A DNA stretch of 62,956 bases, filler included, from Reticulomyxa filosa (GCA_000512085.1; 21 parts of 21 records of this genome joined end to end with filler, not necessarily neighbours in it); one strand, 5' to 3'; counted from the first letter of the whole stretch, positions 47,134 to 61,373 are shown. Notes: generated from the sequence alone by a model not told the origin. Translations and numbers: made by a program.

Positions 47134-49480
47134 TAACATAAAAAATATTTTTGAGTGATTCGATTCATTGTAAGTGAATTAATAAAATAATTTTCTCACT
47201 TAATTAATGTATGCATTTCGATTTGCATTTATTCAAGCACAGTTGAATAGAGGATTTAATTTTAATTAAAATAAAATGCAGTAAGCAATATAAAAAGCAG
47301 AATGAACAAAAAAACAAGAACAGTTTTTTTTGCTAATTTTATTATTTTTTTGTCATGCAAATTTCTTCTTTTCTAATATGATATTGCGAATATTTATCGC
47401 ATTGTTTGCAACTCTGTACAGTCTTTTTTCCACATAATCATTTTCAAAACAAAAAATTACTTGATAAAGTCCTTCAACATTAACAACATAGGTAGTCAAA
47501 GCAATCCTTTTTAAACTTTGAAGGATTTGCCCAATTCACTTTCTTAATCTCAATGCTTACTACAAAAAATAGGAAATCATTTGTGACGTTATGCTTATCA
47601 TACACTCAAGGAATACAAATTTGTGAGTATCCAAGTGATTTGGAATTAGATGAATAGCAATAGCAAAGACAGTAATGAAATCACTTTTCACCTATGAAAA
47701 ACGAAAATGAACAATTTGATTGCAAATAGAAGCATGAATTTGAATCAAAAATGTATATACAGTTTATCTCCAAAATTACAAAAGGAGGTTTGTAAAAACA
47801 CTAAGAAATACGATGGATTGATATTGAATATTTGTTGGCATATAGAGAATGAAAAACACATCGCCGTTAGATGTCCTCAAAAATTTACAGACTTTGAAAA
47901 AACTTTAAAACGTTATCCAAATTGCTTCTGCGCATTTCCTATGAATATCTGTCACGTTTACTGAACCACAATTGCAAACTTTATTTCAATTTTTGTTTTC
48001 TTTGAATTATACGCTCCCATTATAACTTGGGTCAATACGACCTCTATCTTACGTGGTTTGTAGTTTTGCTGTTTTTGCATATCTTCAATAGCTGCATAAA
48101 AGAAACGCATACTTCAACAAGTTCGTCAACTTTTTTTTTCAATAAATTTTTTTAAAAATACCAACGTTGNNNNNNNNNNNNNNNNNNNNNNNNNNNNNNN
48201 NNNNNNNNNNNNNTTAATTAATTAANNNNNNNNNNNNNNNNNNNNNNNNNNNNNNNNNNNNNNNNNNNNTTTTTTTTTTCCAAGACATGTTTTCTTTATT
48301 AAAGTCTCCTAATCTGCCACAGAGAAATTTACAAAGTCTTCAACTCTTAGGCTATGATGGATACTGTGATATTATGCACACAAAACATTTTGAATAAACA
48401 GTAAATTATAAAATATCTTCAATGTGAACATGGAAATAAATGCAAAGAGAGCATACAATATTGATCAATGATTTAAGTTAAGATTTTATAATTAATAACG
48501 TATTTGTGTATTTTAATAATGTTATGAAAAAAATGTAGCAAATTTGTTATTGTACAATTTGCTGTATGGAAACCAAAGACATGATATATTTTTTTTTATA
48601 TAATAACTGTACAAACTTAGAACAACATTTGTCATGGTTGTGATATTATTTTGTATAATTTTTTTGATCAAACAATTTAAAAAGAAGTGCGATTCATGTG
48701 AAATGAAAAGAGTATAAATGAATAATCTTTTTACGCTGACTGTCCATTATGATCAATATGAAAAAAAAAAAATAAATATATAAATGAGATGTCATTGACT
48801 CAGACAACAATTGGTAATATTATCAGGTAATAATATCGATTTTTTGAATGTATTTATACCCCCAGGCTACAGCACATTTAACACACTTTTTACGATTTTT
48901 TTAAAGAATAACATTTATTTGTCATTAAAAAAAAAAAGTGATATACGAAAGTTAGTAAGATTCATTTTGTTGTCAAGGTTTCTTTAATATGACAATCGAT
49001 CTGATCCTGGCCTGAGAAGAATCTCGTTTTGGTCGGACACTCCCAACTATTACTCTTTTTTTTTTATCAAATATATAATAAGGAAGATGTTGAAAATTTG
49101 ACGAGTTTTGATTTCTTCATTATCCGAAAAGCTTGTATTACTGGATAAACCTTAGTCAATGATATTCATATTTTCTGTGGCTTTGATTAAATGTATTTAA
49201 TTGCTATCCAACGGAGCACGTCTGTTCTAAAAAAACTTTTAGCAAAATGTTCGCTTTGAAAAGGGTTAAGATTAAGATACTTCATTTGGACGATTAATTG
49301 ACCATAAAAGAAGAGAAACGAGGTTTTGATAAAGCACACAAAGGTATTATATCAAGGTTTTTTTTTTTNNNNNNNNNNNNNNNNNNNNNNNNNNNNNNNN
49401 NNNNNNNNNNNNTTAATTAATTAANNNNNNNNNNNNNNNNNNNNNNNNNNNNNNNNNNNNNNNNNNNNAAAAAAAAAAAA

Positions 49481-49836
49481 GGACGTGTAATAGACGAAGC
49501 AATATTGTATTTCCGTGCAAATATATTATTCACTCAATTTGATGTAGAAGGTCCTGCAGATTTAACAATGATATACATAACAGCATGGATTGCTGATTGT
49601 TTACGTACATTATCAAATCAAAAAACAAAAGCAGATGCTAAAAAAAAAGTATCAAATACAATTGGTATTAATAAAAAATTTCAAATTCCTGGAGATGCTA
49701 AATTCACATTTGGTGTTTATTTTAATAAACCAAAGAATTATTTGTCGATTATTTTCAACAACTCCGTCATTAAACCTTAAATCATTTGATTGAAATAGTC
49801 TATGATAATAATGGTCAACATAAATTTTCTTTTTGA
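49481..49836 (+). pseudogene. ARPC3: Arp2/3 complex p21 subunit, disrupted copy
   Basis: VIDEAILYFRANILF..GPADLTMIYIT..CL..FQIPGD..F..KPKN. Then a deletion and frameshift to DYFQQLRH*TLNHLIEIVYD (TAA at the conserved Glu); C-terminal WW..F..R.F motif absent. Confidence 0.85.
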
Positions 49837-50604
49837 AAACTGAAACCAAAATTTGTGAACGTGTGGAACAAGTTAAATCGTTATCTTATTTCCATTTTAA
49901 GAAATCAACTTTTTTATTTGCTGTTACATAAAATGACATAATGCGTTTTTTTTAATGCGATTGTATTTGAATAGTGTAAAACCCCCCCTTGAAACAAACT
50001 TTTCCATCAACAAGTGATTGGTCTCGTTATGAAATATGTTTTTTCCCTTTGGTCTTTGAAGAATTGGAAAATGTAAAAATAAAATTATCATTTTTTTTTT
50101 TTTTTTTAATTACTTACAATCACTTGAAACTTAGAGATTTTGAAAAAATTTGAAGAAAATAATATCACAATTTTTTAATAAATGGGGATGTGCAAAAACA
50201 TTCCAAACAACCCAGAGCGGTTAAATTATTAAAGATTTTTTTAAAGTAGACGACCAAATTGTTGGTTTTTATGATTAAATACGATAATTCTTAACGCAAA
50301 TCATGTAAAAATTTTCAGTACTGGCGCAGATCCTACAAAAATGCACACATTCATAAGCAAATGATAAAAAAATTGAAAAGAAGATAGTATTTTTCCATTT
50401 TGTGATATCAGATCGATTTTTTTTGTGATGTGAAAGAGAAAAAAAAAAAAAAAAAGAGATCAACCAAACAAAGGTGTGATAATGATGTTTGTTTTTTAAA
50501 GAAANNNNNNNNNNNNNNNNNNNNNNNNNNNNNNNNNNNNNNNNNNNNTTAATTAATTAANNNNNNNNNNNNNNNNNNNNNNNNNNNNNNNNNNNNNNNN
50601 NNNN

Positions 50605-50639
<35 letters not shown>

Positions 50640-50714
50640 TACGTATACGTATACACATATATTATACGTAGATGTACAAGATATGTATTGTATGTACGTA
50701 TACATATATAAAAG

Positions 50715-51770
50715 GGTGTTACGATCAAATTCACACTTACATGGTCAGTGTGACGTGTGACATGATGTCCCCTGAAATATTAGAGTGGAAAAAGAGCGAA
50801 GGGATGGATCGATACAAACAATACATTGCAAATGTAAAGATATTGCAATCACAAATACTGTCCTCGAAAGGGACCACTCAAGTATGGGTACAATTGTCTG
50901 ACCCCGGCATGGACGTCATCAATGCCGGACCTTCTTTGTTCCCTCAGTGGTGGAATGAGACTTGGCGAGGACATATTGATCACCGTTTCATCACATTCAA
51001 TGCCGTGCCACGTTTGCAATCGGGCATTGTTTTCCCCAATATCACCATCCCGGTGTGCTCCACTTTGCTTGTCAATAGTGATCGTCAAGTGTTTCGACAT
51101 GACCCTCCTCCATCCCCTCACACCAAACACTTCGTCCACTCGCTGCAGGAGTCCCAACGTGAAATGCTGGGCTTGGATTTAGTCAAAAGGAAATTTCATT
51201 TGGCTGCTTGTGTTATTATTCGTGTCATTGGTATGTGAATTTGTGAGTATGTATATTTGAGTACTCTCTGGCATGACAATAAAAAATACGTATACATATG
51301 TATATACATATATATATATATATATATGTGTATATGTATATGTATATATATTTATATATTAAGACGATACTAGTTCAATTGCATTACAAGTACAACAATG
51401 GATTGAATATCATCGCATGCAAGGATTTGAACATTTTTATATTTACGATCATGACACGACTTGCAACAACGAGGAATTCAATTTGTATGACGTACTTGCA
51501 CCATACGTTTTGAAGGGTATAGTGACGCATATAAAGTTTGCAGTTCGTAGCACCATTCGGATGCATCCCAACGCGAGATTGTTTTACCAACATGCACAAA
51601 TCAATTCCTGTCTCGCCAGGTTTCGTTACGAATCGGACTTCATTGCCGACTTTGATATCGACGAATGGATGTTGCCAAACTACGATGTCAACTTCAGTGA
51701 TTATTTGATCCGTCAGATGATTTATCGTCTTGATTATAACTACAAAGAGAACGATAACATTCCAAATGAA
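50715..51770 (+). CDS. Glycosyltransferase family 92 (DUF23) protein, internal exons
   Basis: HLAACVIIR, intron 51231-51363, then QQWIEYHRMQGFEHFYIYD..LAPYVLKGIV..QHAQINSCLARFRYESDFIADFDIDEW (DxD). Confidence 0.85.
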
Positions 51771-51997
51771 GTTGTTTCGTAGTTTGACAATAAAAGAGAG
51801 GAAGAAGAGAGAGAGAGGGTTACATTATATATGTGTTTGTGTTTGTGTGTTCTTTTTTGTTAAACATCTGTATCTCATTAGTACAAAATACCTTTTTNNN
51901 NNNNNNNNNNNNNNNNNNNNNNNNNNNNNNNNNNNNNNNNNTTAATTAATTAANNNNNNNNNNNNNNNNNNNNNNNNNNNNNNNNNNNNNNNNNNNN

Positions 51998-52110
51998 AAA
52001 AAAAGCAAAGGAAGACAAAAGCAAAAAGAAAGAGTTAATTCGGGCGGCGCCTGAAGGCGCCGCCTGATCTAACTTTTTCTTTTTCGCTTTTCCCTCCTTT
52101 GCTTTTTTTT
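51998..52110. repeat. Long imperfect inverted repeat (hairpin) with GC-rich core
   Basis: Core tcgggcggcgcc-tgaa-ggcgccgcctga at 52040-52067. Arms aaaaaaagcaaagga..aaaagc.aaaaagaaagagtta pair with taactttttcttttt.gctttt..tcctttgcttttttt. Confidence 0.9.
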
Positions 52111-53339
52111 TAAATTTGTTTTAGTGCTCTTTATTTGCTTTTACAGTTTTTTTTTTTTTGTATTAAATCGTGCAAATTTTACTTTTAGTTTTTCGTTTAA
52201 TTTGAATTTTATTTCTGAAGATTTGTTCATTAAATGAAATTATGTTATTTTTTGTAACACTCATTTTCGTTTTAATATCAAAGACGATTAATTATGATTT
52301 TTTGTTGCAACAACTGTTTGTTTTGCTATTTATACGATTATTGACTCATGCAGAAATGCACGATGCTTTTTTATGAAACTCATACACAAACCCCTTTTGC
52401 AAAGAAATAAAGTTTAAAGAATATTTTTGAGTTTTTCCATGCTCAATAACATGGAAAGTAGATATTATTTAGACAAAAAAATTTTTCAACAAAAGCAACT
52501 TATACAATTTTGCCCTTAAAAGAAGAAAAAATGAAAAGGTTTAAATTACAAACAATTTTGATCAACCAAACAAAAAACCCAAAAAAATTATTTTTTGTCT
52601 TGAGTTTTGTGAAAGAGCATTCAGCCAAAACGTTGTATTTATTTGCCTCTGTTGTTTTTTACGGTTTTGGAATGGGAAGACATATAAATATTGCAAAAAA
52701 AGTATTGGCAAATATCGTTGAACATATAGAGTTTTTTAGATTGGAAACTATCAAAAATTTTTTTATGTTTTCTTTACGTGGTTATTTCTTTTTCTCTTTT
52801 CTTCAAGGAAATATTTGTACATGCTGTTCCTATATGAGACTCTACTGTATCACTATTTCCAAATGTAACATACGGCATACTCCTGAAGATGACTTGGTTT
52901 TGTAAACCGTTCTTCGTTTGAAGAAAGATATTGGAAGATTTAGCGTGAAGCATTTGCGGAAACAATCTTGTCATTCAATGTCAACGCTTTTTGTGTTTGT
53001 TGTTTGTTTTTTTCCAAAAAAATAATAAATAATGAACTTCCCGATGATCACGCAAGGGGCCCCGATTAGTTAAAAAATAAAGTACTTGTATCTTACTTTT
53101 TTAACGAAATGGTGATTTTTAATGCTTTTTCTCCACAATCTGAAGGAACTAATTTTTTTTATAATATATCCAATGATTTTTTTTTAGTTATATTTCCAAT
53201 TTTCTTTTTCACTTAAACAGAATCTTTTTTTCCAACATAAAAAAAGACGTTTTAATGTATCAATAAAAACAACTTGAACCCAGTAATTCCATTTTATTTA
53301 TTTAAAAATTTTTAAAATATAGACTTTTCGTTAAAAAAA

Positions 53340-53890
53340 TTATTTCTATGAGTTAATCCATAAATTTTTAAAAATTTAGTAAATCTTTAAATGATTCCAT
53401 TTCATTGCAATTAAACAATATTCGTATTTTATCAATTGATACTGTTTTTCATATCTTGCTATATTTTCTACATGTCCACAAATAATTACAATCAAACAAT
53501 TGTATTTGCCTGTATTTTTATAAAGCTCATAATCTGTAATTGATTTGACCAAAAATGATTGAAGATCTCGTTTTATCATTTTTGTGATTGATCACATGCA
53601 AATTCATGCTTCAGTTTTTGTTCAAGTAATTGCTTGAAATTCGTGACATCCTTTTCATTTACATTTGTAAGATTTTTACATGTTTCATTATCTATTTATT
53701 TAATGATCGCAATTATTATCACCAGTGCATTTTTTACTGTTTTTATTTTTCAAATTATTATTGGGACCCAAGTTATTTAAAGATAAGTTTATCAATATTA
53801 AATTTTTTTTTCACATATTCATCCGATTCAACTACGTTATCATAGTTATCAACTAATTGCAATTTTAAATTTTCTTTATTGATTTTTTCG
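53340..53890 (-). pseudogene. Caspase-like (clan CD, C14) peptidase pseudogene
   Basis: NALVIIIAI, NVNEKDVTNFKQLLEQKLKHEF, YNCLIVIICGH (His site; following Gly lost), VSIDKIR..FNC..FKD. Stops and frameshifts; catalytic Cys region decayed. Confidence 0.65.
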
Positions 53891-54457
53891 AAATCTGTTT
53901 GTTCCAAAAAATAATATCTTTTAAGAAGAAGTTCTTAAAATGTCAATTTTTTTATTGTTATAAATTAATCCCCTGTATATATGCTGTAAACTATTTATAT
54001 TTTGTATATATTTCGAATTAAGAAAAAAATTTTAAAAAGCACAATTAGTAACTTCTTCTTCTTTGCTATCTGAATGCTTATCTATATCTTTCTTTCAAAA
54101 TATCCACATGTCAACTGGCTAATGATTATCTTTATTTTTATTTTTTTTGAAAAAGTCTCAATGTTCTTTTTTATTTTTTGTAAAGTTTATTGACAAACAC
54201 TTACATCGTTCAAAATGATTAATCTTCAGTATATATACCAATGCAATGTCATCAAAACAAATATATTTCTATTGAAACGAATTAATTTGTCCGTATTTGA
54301 GCATATTTATAAACATTTTTGGAAAAAATAATCGATTTATATTGTGCGATGCAATTTTTTAAAATTTGTTTGAATTCTTTCCAACAATTTCTCAAAATAT
54401 TTTGTTTGCTTTGAATTAGCAGTAGAATCTGGCGGAGGATAGAAGCATTGACATTTA

Positions 54458-55383
54458 CTATGACTTATTGGTCGATTCTTTCAAAGCAATGGCCTCTTTG
54501 ACACGCTGGATTTCTGCCCTCACTTTATTGGCGACACTATTGCAACTGGAAAAAATATGAAAGACACGTTGCAGTTTGTGTTCTTCTGCTTCCATTTCCG
54601 AAACTTTGGCTCGAAGTTGTTGGTTTTGGAGAGTTGTGCGTTCGCGAATCAGTTCAATTTTGGCCTCTGTGGCGCTGGTATCGACCCCCTGAGACTTTGT
54701 AACTTCTAATTTCTGCGTTTCCAATTCAATTTCTTGATAAGATCGAGCCATATCCTCTTCCAATCGGCGAGTCGACAAATACAGAGATTGCAGAGTATTT
54801 TGATGAGATATCAATATGTCGGTGGATGGAATGTGATCCTTCTTTTTTTTTTTTTTTTGTTCATATATATATATGCATATGCATAACATTGGACACGAAT
54901 ACGCGCCCTCAATTGATATTAAACAAATAATATAAAAAAGACTTTGAAATAGTAAATTGTTTGTTTAACTTAATAATTGAGCCAATAGTTACAACAAAAT
55001 AATTGCATTTCATGTCCTCCTCGTCGCAGCAGCGGGATGATCTCAAGTGCTCGTGTTAATATCACAGGACCATTTTGATCCAGGATTTGTGTTTTGTCTT
55101 TGTTCAAATACAATGTGCCATGTACGTGGGCAAACACAAACCATTGGTTTGGCTCGCTCTTAAGTATATTGTCCAATTTTTCTATCAACTCACTATGTTG
55201 TAATACCTTCACACTTCCCTCGTCTCGTATGAATTGCTTTATTAACCAAGAGCGGTTCGCTTTGTCCATTATAAAATCCTTATGATAGGTGCTCAATAAA
55301 CATGTCACACAGATTATTTCATAACCAGTCAAAAATTCCACTATACAGCGCCAATAAGTATTGTTCTGGAATATATCAGCCAT
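54458..55383 (-). CDS. Hypothetical protein, F-box-like N-terminus and C-terminal coiled coil (junction unresolved)
   Basis: MADIFQNNTYWRCIVEFLTGYEIICVTCLLS resembles an F-box. Exon ~54836-54458 is heptad-rich and follows a poly-A/AG acceptor. Confidence 0.5.
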
Positions 55384-55606
55384 TATCTATTACTTCTTTG
55401 TCACAATTTTTTTTTAGTTAAGACTAACTTTTGTCTTCCTTTCTATCTCGTCTTCGTTCGTGGTGAAACTTCCAGTTTTACTTTATTACTGTCACAAGAA
55501 AAGATAATTGTTGGTAGGTATATTTAAATGTACTGAAAACATTTGCTTCGCTGTGTAACGTTTAGCGTGAACCAAAGACGATTTACCCAGGTTTTCGACA
55601 AGAAAG

Positions 55607-56240
55607 ATGACATCAACCTATAATCCATCAGAAAAACTTGAACAAGACAGTTCAAGTGAAGGAGATGATGAAGAAGCCGAAGAGCTCTTGGTGTGGATGA
55701 ATTTTATCCGATTATCTTTGACGGCAAGAAAAAAACTTTGACTCGGGTTGGGTTTTTGAATGCAAAACAGAAAACAGAGACTAGAGGGAAAGGCCTGGGG
55801 TCGAAAAAAGGCAAGGCAAATGATAACGAACCGAATTTGAAGTTATTTGAGGCCTTGTCACAAGCCCAAGAATTGGCAAATGAGCTAGGTACGCATTCCA
55901 AGTAACACAAGAGTGGAAGGATTTTTTTTTAAAAAAAAAAGGGGTAAAGGGGGGCTCTATTATTGGAAAAAAAGTTCAAAACAAGGGAAAGAAATAACAA
56001 TTTGTCAGCACTATGAGACTTTAACTTTTCTAAGAGAGGGAGGGGGGGGGGGGGATCACAACGGGAATAAAAAAAAAAAGATGAAACAAAAAGAAAACTC
56101 GAAGAACAAAGAGAAGAAGTTGAGAATCTCAAAAGACAAATTATAAAACTGAAGTCCACGTCTGAAAGCAACGAAGCAAACGCCGAAAATAGAAAAAACG
56201 CAAATGCATCAACTGCAAATGATTATTGGAAAACACAAGT
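55607..56240 (+). CDS. Hypothetical charged protein (partial; apparent frameshift near 55690)
   Basis: MTSTYNPSEKLEQDSSSEGDDEE, then VDEFYPIIFDGKKK..ELANEL before a GT donor; K/E-rich exon ~56081-56238. Confidence 0.35.
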
Positions 56241-57773
56241 GAATATTGTTTTAATTTTGTTGTTGTTTGTCCTTTTGTGTCTTCAAAAAAAAAAAAAAAC
56301 GTGTTTCCTCTAGTGTTTTGAAATGTGTAGTATTTTCTATATCAAAAATTTGCCCTACATATACAATACATACATACATACANNNNNNNNNNNNNNNNNN
56401 NNNNNNNNNNNNNNNNNNNNNNNNNNTTAATTAATTAANNNNNNNNNNNNNNNNNNNNNNNNNNNNNNNNNNNNNNNNNNNNACAAAATATATATGTTAA
56501 TTACTAACATTACAAAACGAAGTTTATTTAAATATGATTTAAGACATCAATCAAATGTAATTGACTTACAATACAACTATCATATTGCAATTGCATGTTA
56601 ATGTCTTTTGCATATTCTATTATGTTCTTACTTAGATGTTATTGATTAATGCAGAAACGCTTTTTGTTTTTGTCGAATTATACATATTGCTTGTTAATAA
56701 GTTCTTTACATTGTCTGTTTTGTCTCCACTACTACTGCTGGAAGCTTGTTGAGGTCTTTGTGCTTGTGCATATGTTACGTTCACTTGTACTATTAGTTTC
56801 TTGTTTGCTATTTCTGCAAATCGTTCGAATAAGTCATAACACTAGTCGTAGATGTCAATCTCTTCATTTATATGCAACTGTAGCTATGTCCTTACTAATT
56901 AATTTCATATTGCATTTGTCTCAAGACGCGTTCACAATCGATTAGATACTTTAAGCTATACTGAAATTAGTCTTTTCAAATTTTTTTGCAACATAATATT
57001 GTAAAATTCACATTTAAGTTCAAATAGTTTATTGTTATTTTCCGCTTTGATTGTCTGTAAAAGCCTATCTACACTACCATTTGCACAGATAATACAACCA
57101 TCATCTCCTTTTTTGTGTGTTATGTCGTGATTTGTGTATTATTGTCTATTAAATTTTTTTACATTTTTTATTATCATATTTTTTTTTATTTATTATTCCT
57201 TTTTTACTATATCACTTATTAATAACTTTTTTCACACAATACTGCCTCAAATACCATTAAATACTTTGTGGAAATCTTTTTTTTACTGTAAATCTATACA
57301 AACAAACAAATTTATTTTATAATTTTTCAAAGAACAAACAAAAAAATTACGTATAATTAATGAAGTTTAATCCACAATTTCAATTTCTTTTTTTCACTTT
57401 GGGAAAACACTTCCAAACAAACTTTTTTTAATACAGTAGATTGCAAAAAAAACCGCAATACCTAAATGGCACTATATGAAGAGAATCGATTTTCTCCATG
57501 AAAAATAAAGATTAAACCTAANNNNNNNNNNNNNNNNNNNNNNNNNNNNNNNNNNNNNNNNNNNNTTAATTAATTAANNNNNNNNNNNNNNNNNNNNNNN
57601 NNNNNNNNNNNNNNNNNNNNNTTTTTTTGTACTATGTCCTTCCTCAATAAACTCGGCATTTCTGCACATCGTATGACATCCATTTAACATTTTATAAATG
57701 TATTCGCTTGCCACAACATTTTTGTTTTTCTCTTAAAGTGGCTTTATTGTTCATTTGATGCCCTTCCATTTCA

Positions 57774-59428
57774 GTGTACCTGTTAAAAAAGGGGCAAACG
57801 GAGGAGAAAAGATTGAGAACAAAGCTTGGCTACTTCAACGGCAAAATGAAGCCATCGTTGGTATATGAAATTATATGGATAATACTGCAAGTCTTAACTG
57901 CAATTCTGGCGATGTCAAGTGCGGGCAATGTGGCCAAAGAAAACTCAAACGAAAACGACCCAACATATTCAAATAATCAAGACCACACGGGTACATTATT
58001 GCTATCATTGAATAAGTTGGCCAACCACTCTGTCAGCCGAATGTGGAAATCAAAAACGTTGAAATGCGTGCAATATCCACAATGCTTTAACAACGTAACA
58101 GAACTGTCGGTGCAATTGAAACACGCAAGTATACGTATTATCAAAATGATCACAAGGCAGTCCAAGAAGAATATATACACAAAAACGCCGGCCATTGATA
58201 TTTTCACAACTTCAAGCAAATCATTAACATACTTCATACCAAAATACAGGTAAACAACAGGAACAGAAAGATCTAATGAAAAAAAAAAAGGGATATTTAC
58301 GTATAGCAAGAAAAAGTAAGGGATGATGTATTGTACGTATGATGTATTTGATTTAAAATGAATTTTTTAAAAAAACAAAAACATAGTGTATGTGCAGGCA
58401 TTGAAGTAGATGTGATAAGCGCACCACAGTCGAATGGAGTATATAAACAACACAAATAACATAGATAGAGCACCGCAGATAATCACGTTATGCGTGACTG
58501 TCTTGCGAATTTTGTGTATTACACAACTATTGGGAGAGTCATCACTGAGACTCTGCAAAAATACGTTGGAGTCGTGGACGTGATGAAAAAGGGTAATGGC
58601 AGCGAAGTGCAAATTCTATTGGACGAAATTTGGTACTTATTGAATGATTTATTTCCACACATGGACAATGATAATATATATGCGCTGTTAAAGGGTTATG
58701 GTCTGGTATGCAGCTATGGTCAAATAATGGAGTACGTAAATGATTGAAGATTCATCAAAGACTTAGCATTTATCAGCACAGGAGGCTATCACAGGAACAG
58801 AGACAAAACAGTGTTGGGTCGTATTCACTCATGCTATCCGCGACTTTGCCAAAGGATAAAGTAAACGCCAATACAAACAAGGCGTACCAAAAAAAAAAAG
58901 ATTCTTTGGATATGTGGTCCGAGTATGAGTCAAAGTTGAAAATGGAGTCGGAACCCAAGTCCGAAGACGAAGTGATCAACGCGACGATTGGCAGAACGAA
59001 GTTTGGGCCAAGATTGACATTGACTAGTATTTGGAACAACAAATGTTCCATGATCGATCCAACCATGGTGGAGGGTATTTATGCTTTTCAATTGAGTCGA
59101 TCAAAAGGAAAAGAACTACTGCGTGTTCTGCTGAACGAAATTGATAAGATATTTACTCTTTTGTATTGAATGACAAATCTGTAGTCAACCCTGTAATTTT
59201 TTGCTTGGAATTGGAGTGCTATTGGCATATATTGGCCAAATACAAATATTGCATGGCAATCAGGCAACCCTCGTTGTGTGGATTTTGCGCATTTGGGCAA
59301 ATGTTTGGCTTCAGGATTTATTGTACTGCTTTGAAGAGATGGACCATTTCCCAGTGAATATAAATATATGCAGATATTGATAACAAAATAAATTTCGAAT
59401 AATGACGAGCTTGTCCAAGAATGGAATC
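57774..59428 (+). CDS. Hypothetical large helical protein, internal exons
   Basis: Consecutive open frames 57774-58249, 58490-58705 and 58750-59160, joined by plausible GT-AG introns (e.g. 58706-58749); one unresolved shift at ~59165. Confidence 0.55.
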
Positions 59429-61373
59429 NNNNNNNNNNNNNNNNNNNNNNNNNNNNNNNNNNNNNNNNNNNNTTAATTAATTAANNNNNNNNNNNNNNNN
59501 NNNNNNNNNNNNNNNNNNNNNNNNNNNNAAAACAAGTAAAACAAGAGGAAAGTGAGTAGTGCTAAGAAGAGAATTTTAACCCACTGGGGTCCCAACGTTC
59601 CGTTAGTGTTTAAGGAGGTAATGTAGTGACTTTCCCTACAGTTCTTTGAACTCCATCTCCAAATCCAATCCGTGAATTCACATAAATGTCTGTGTGTGCT
59701 GCTGTTTTCCGTTCGGAACACAGGCTCGACTTTACACTTCCGCTGCAAGTCACAGTAAGCGCCATTTGTTTATACAATTGCATTGAGTTAATTGTGTTGC
59801 TTTGATTGTCAATTGATTGTTTAAAGTTAAAAAATTGTGATGACTGTAAACACAATAAAATTTGATCTTTTGTTATCAACATATAGCAAAATTTGTTTTG
59901 AAAAAAATTACAATTGAACAAATCTTAGTTATTTATCGGATATCGTTAATTAATTGAATTATTTGACATTTCATAATTCAATTACATTATCATTTATATA
60001 ATATATACACATAAATAACATTACTTAACATATCTTTAAATAATTTAATTAAAATCATCGATCCATATAAATAACAATTTTCATTTCATTTTCCGACTGT
60101 TATTTATAGTTTATTTTAACATTTTGTTTTTTTGTAATAAAAAATATATATATATAAACAAGCATTTAAATTTTTATAATTTTCAATTCACTTTTGCATA
60201 TATATTTCGATAATATATGTCTGTTTGTGGACTCATATACACCAAAAGACAACAAAGTTATTTCATTGCTTTCTTTGTTGTTATATACCAATTTACCATA
60301 CAGTATCAATATAATTTAATATAGTTTGTATAGTTTAATATTTATAAATTAAATCAAGTAAACACTTCAATTTTGGAATGCGTTATCAATAATATTAACT
60401 TTTGTTAATGTTGAAGCTACATATTCTCACAACAAGCAATAATATAATAATTAAATAACGAAATTACTTGCCAAGTGTTTGCATCTGTTATAAGACAAAA
60501 CATCAAACCTGAGAAGTTTGGTAATTGGAGATAAGACATGGGAACCTGAGACAAGAATCAAAATTGTCAAGCAACTTCCAAAATTTGTTCTGGCAACCAA
60601 TAGAAATATTTAGAGTGAAAAAGGTGAATGAGAAATCTTTAGAAAGGTATATTTTCATGTGTACTTCCAAATATAAAAGTTTGGAGTACTTTGAAATTTT
60701 GACTATTTTTCAATAGTATTGTCTTTCGATCTGCAACAAACATCTAACAACTTATTGTTATTGTGTGACAACTTGTGGCTCTTTTTTCGTTTATTTGGCC
60801 ATGACCTTGGTCCAGGTACTTAACTTGCTTTTGACGCATTTTGGGAAAGTTTGGGCAAAAAAAAATCAGTGATTTGTGAATGACGAAGGAGTGAGTAGTC
60901 AAAACAATCACGCTCATCCAAATGCAAAGCTTAAAAAAAAAATTTAATATTTTTAAAAATTTCGGATCAATAAACAATCACTTTGAGTATTTTGCTGAAT
61001 ATTTAAATATTTTCATTTAATATAATAATATGAATTTACACTATCACTAATAATTTATGTAATATTTCTTTTACTCAATCACAAGTCATACAATTTTTAT
61101 AGATCATTTAATAGCAAATAATAACTTGAGTAACGAAAAGTAAAAAAGTGGAAAAAAATAAATACTTCGAAGAACAACAACAATAAAAATATCAAAAGCA
61201 TCATTGGCAACTGTTTTGGTTTTGTAGCCTTTTTCCTTTTCTTTTTCGCCCCTTAGCAATCTTATGTTTACATTTTTATTACACTTCACCACTTCAAAAA
61301 GAAAGATCTAAATATCCAATCGATTATATTACTCTCCAGTGATTCAAATTATTTTGCTTCATTAGCGTGAAAA

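Noticed and set aside
14432-49773. Genome-wide stop-codon reassignment (TAA/TAG) suggested by in-frame stops
   Set aside because: Intact conserved genes end in TAA (UCH), TAG (GNAT) and TGA (PH protein), and in-frame stops mostly co-occur with deletions or frameshifts typical of pseudogenes.
58744-58749. Apparent -1 programmed frameshift between ORFs 58490-58747 and 58744-59169
   Set aside because: Explained by a 44-nt GT-AG intron (58706-58749) that joins the frames.
60525-60977. QKQVKYLD and KLSS..WQPIEI as RT or integrase remnants
   Set aside because: Too short, on opposite strands, and without supporting motifs.
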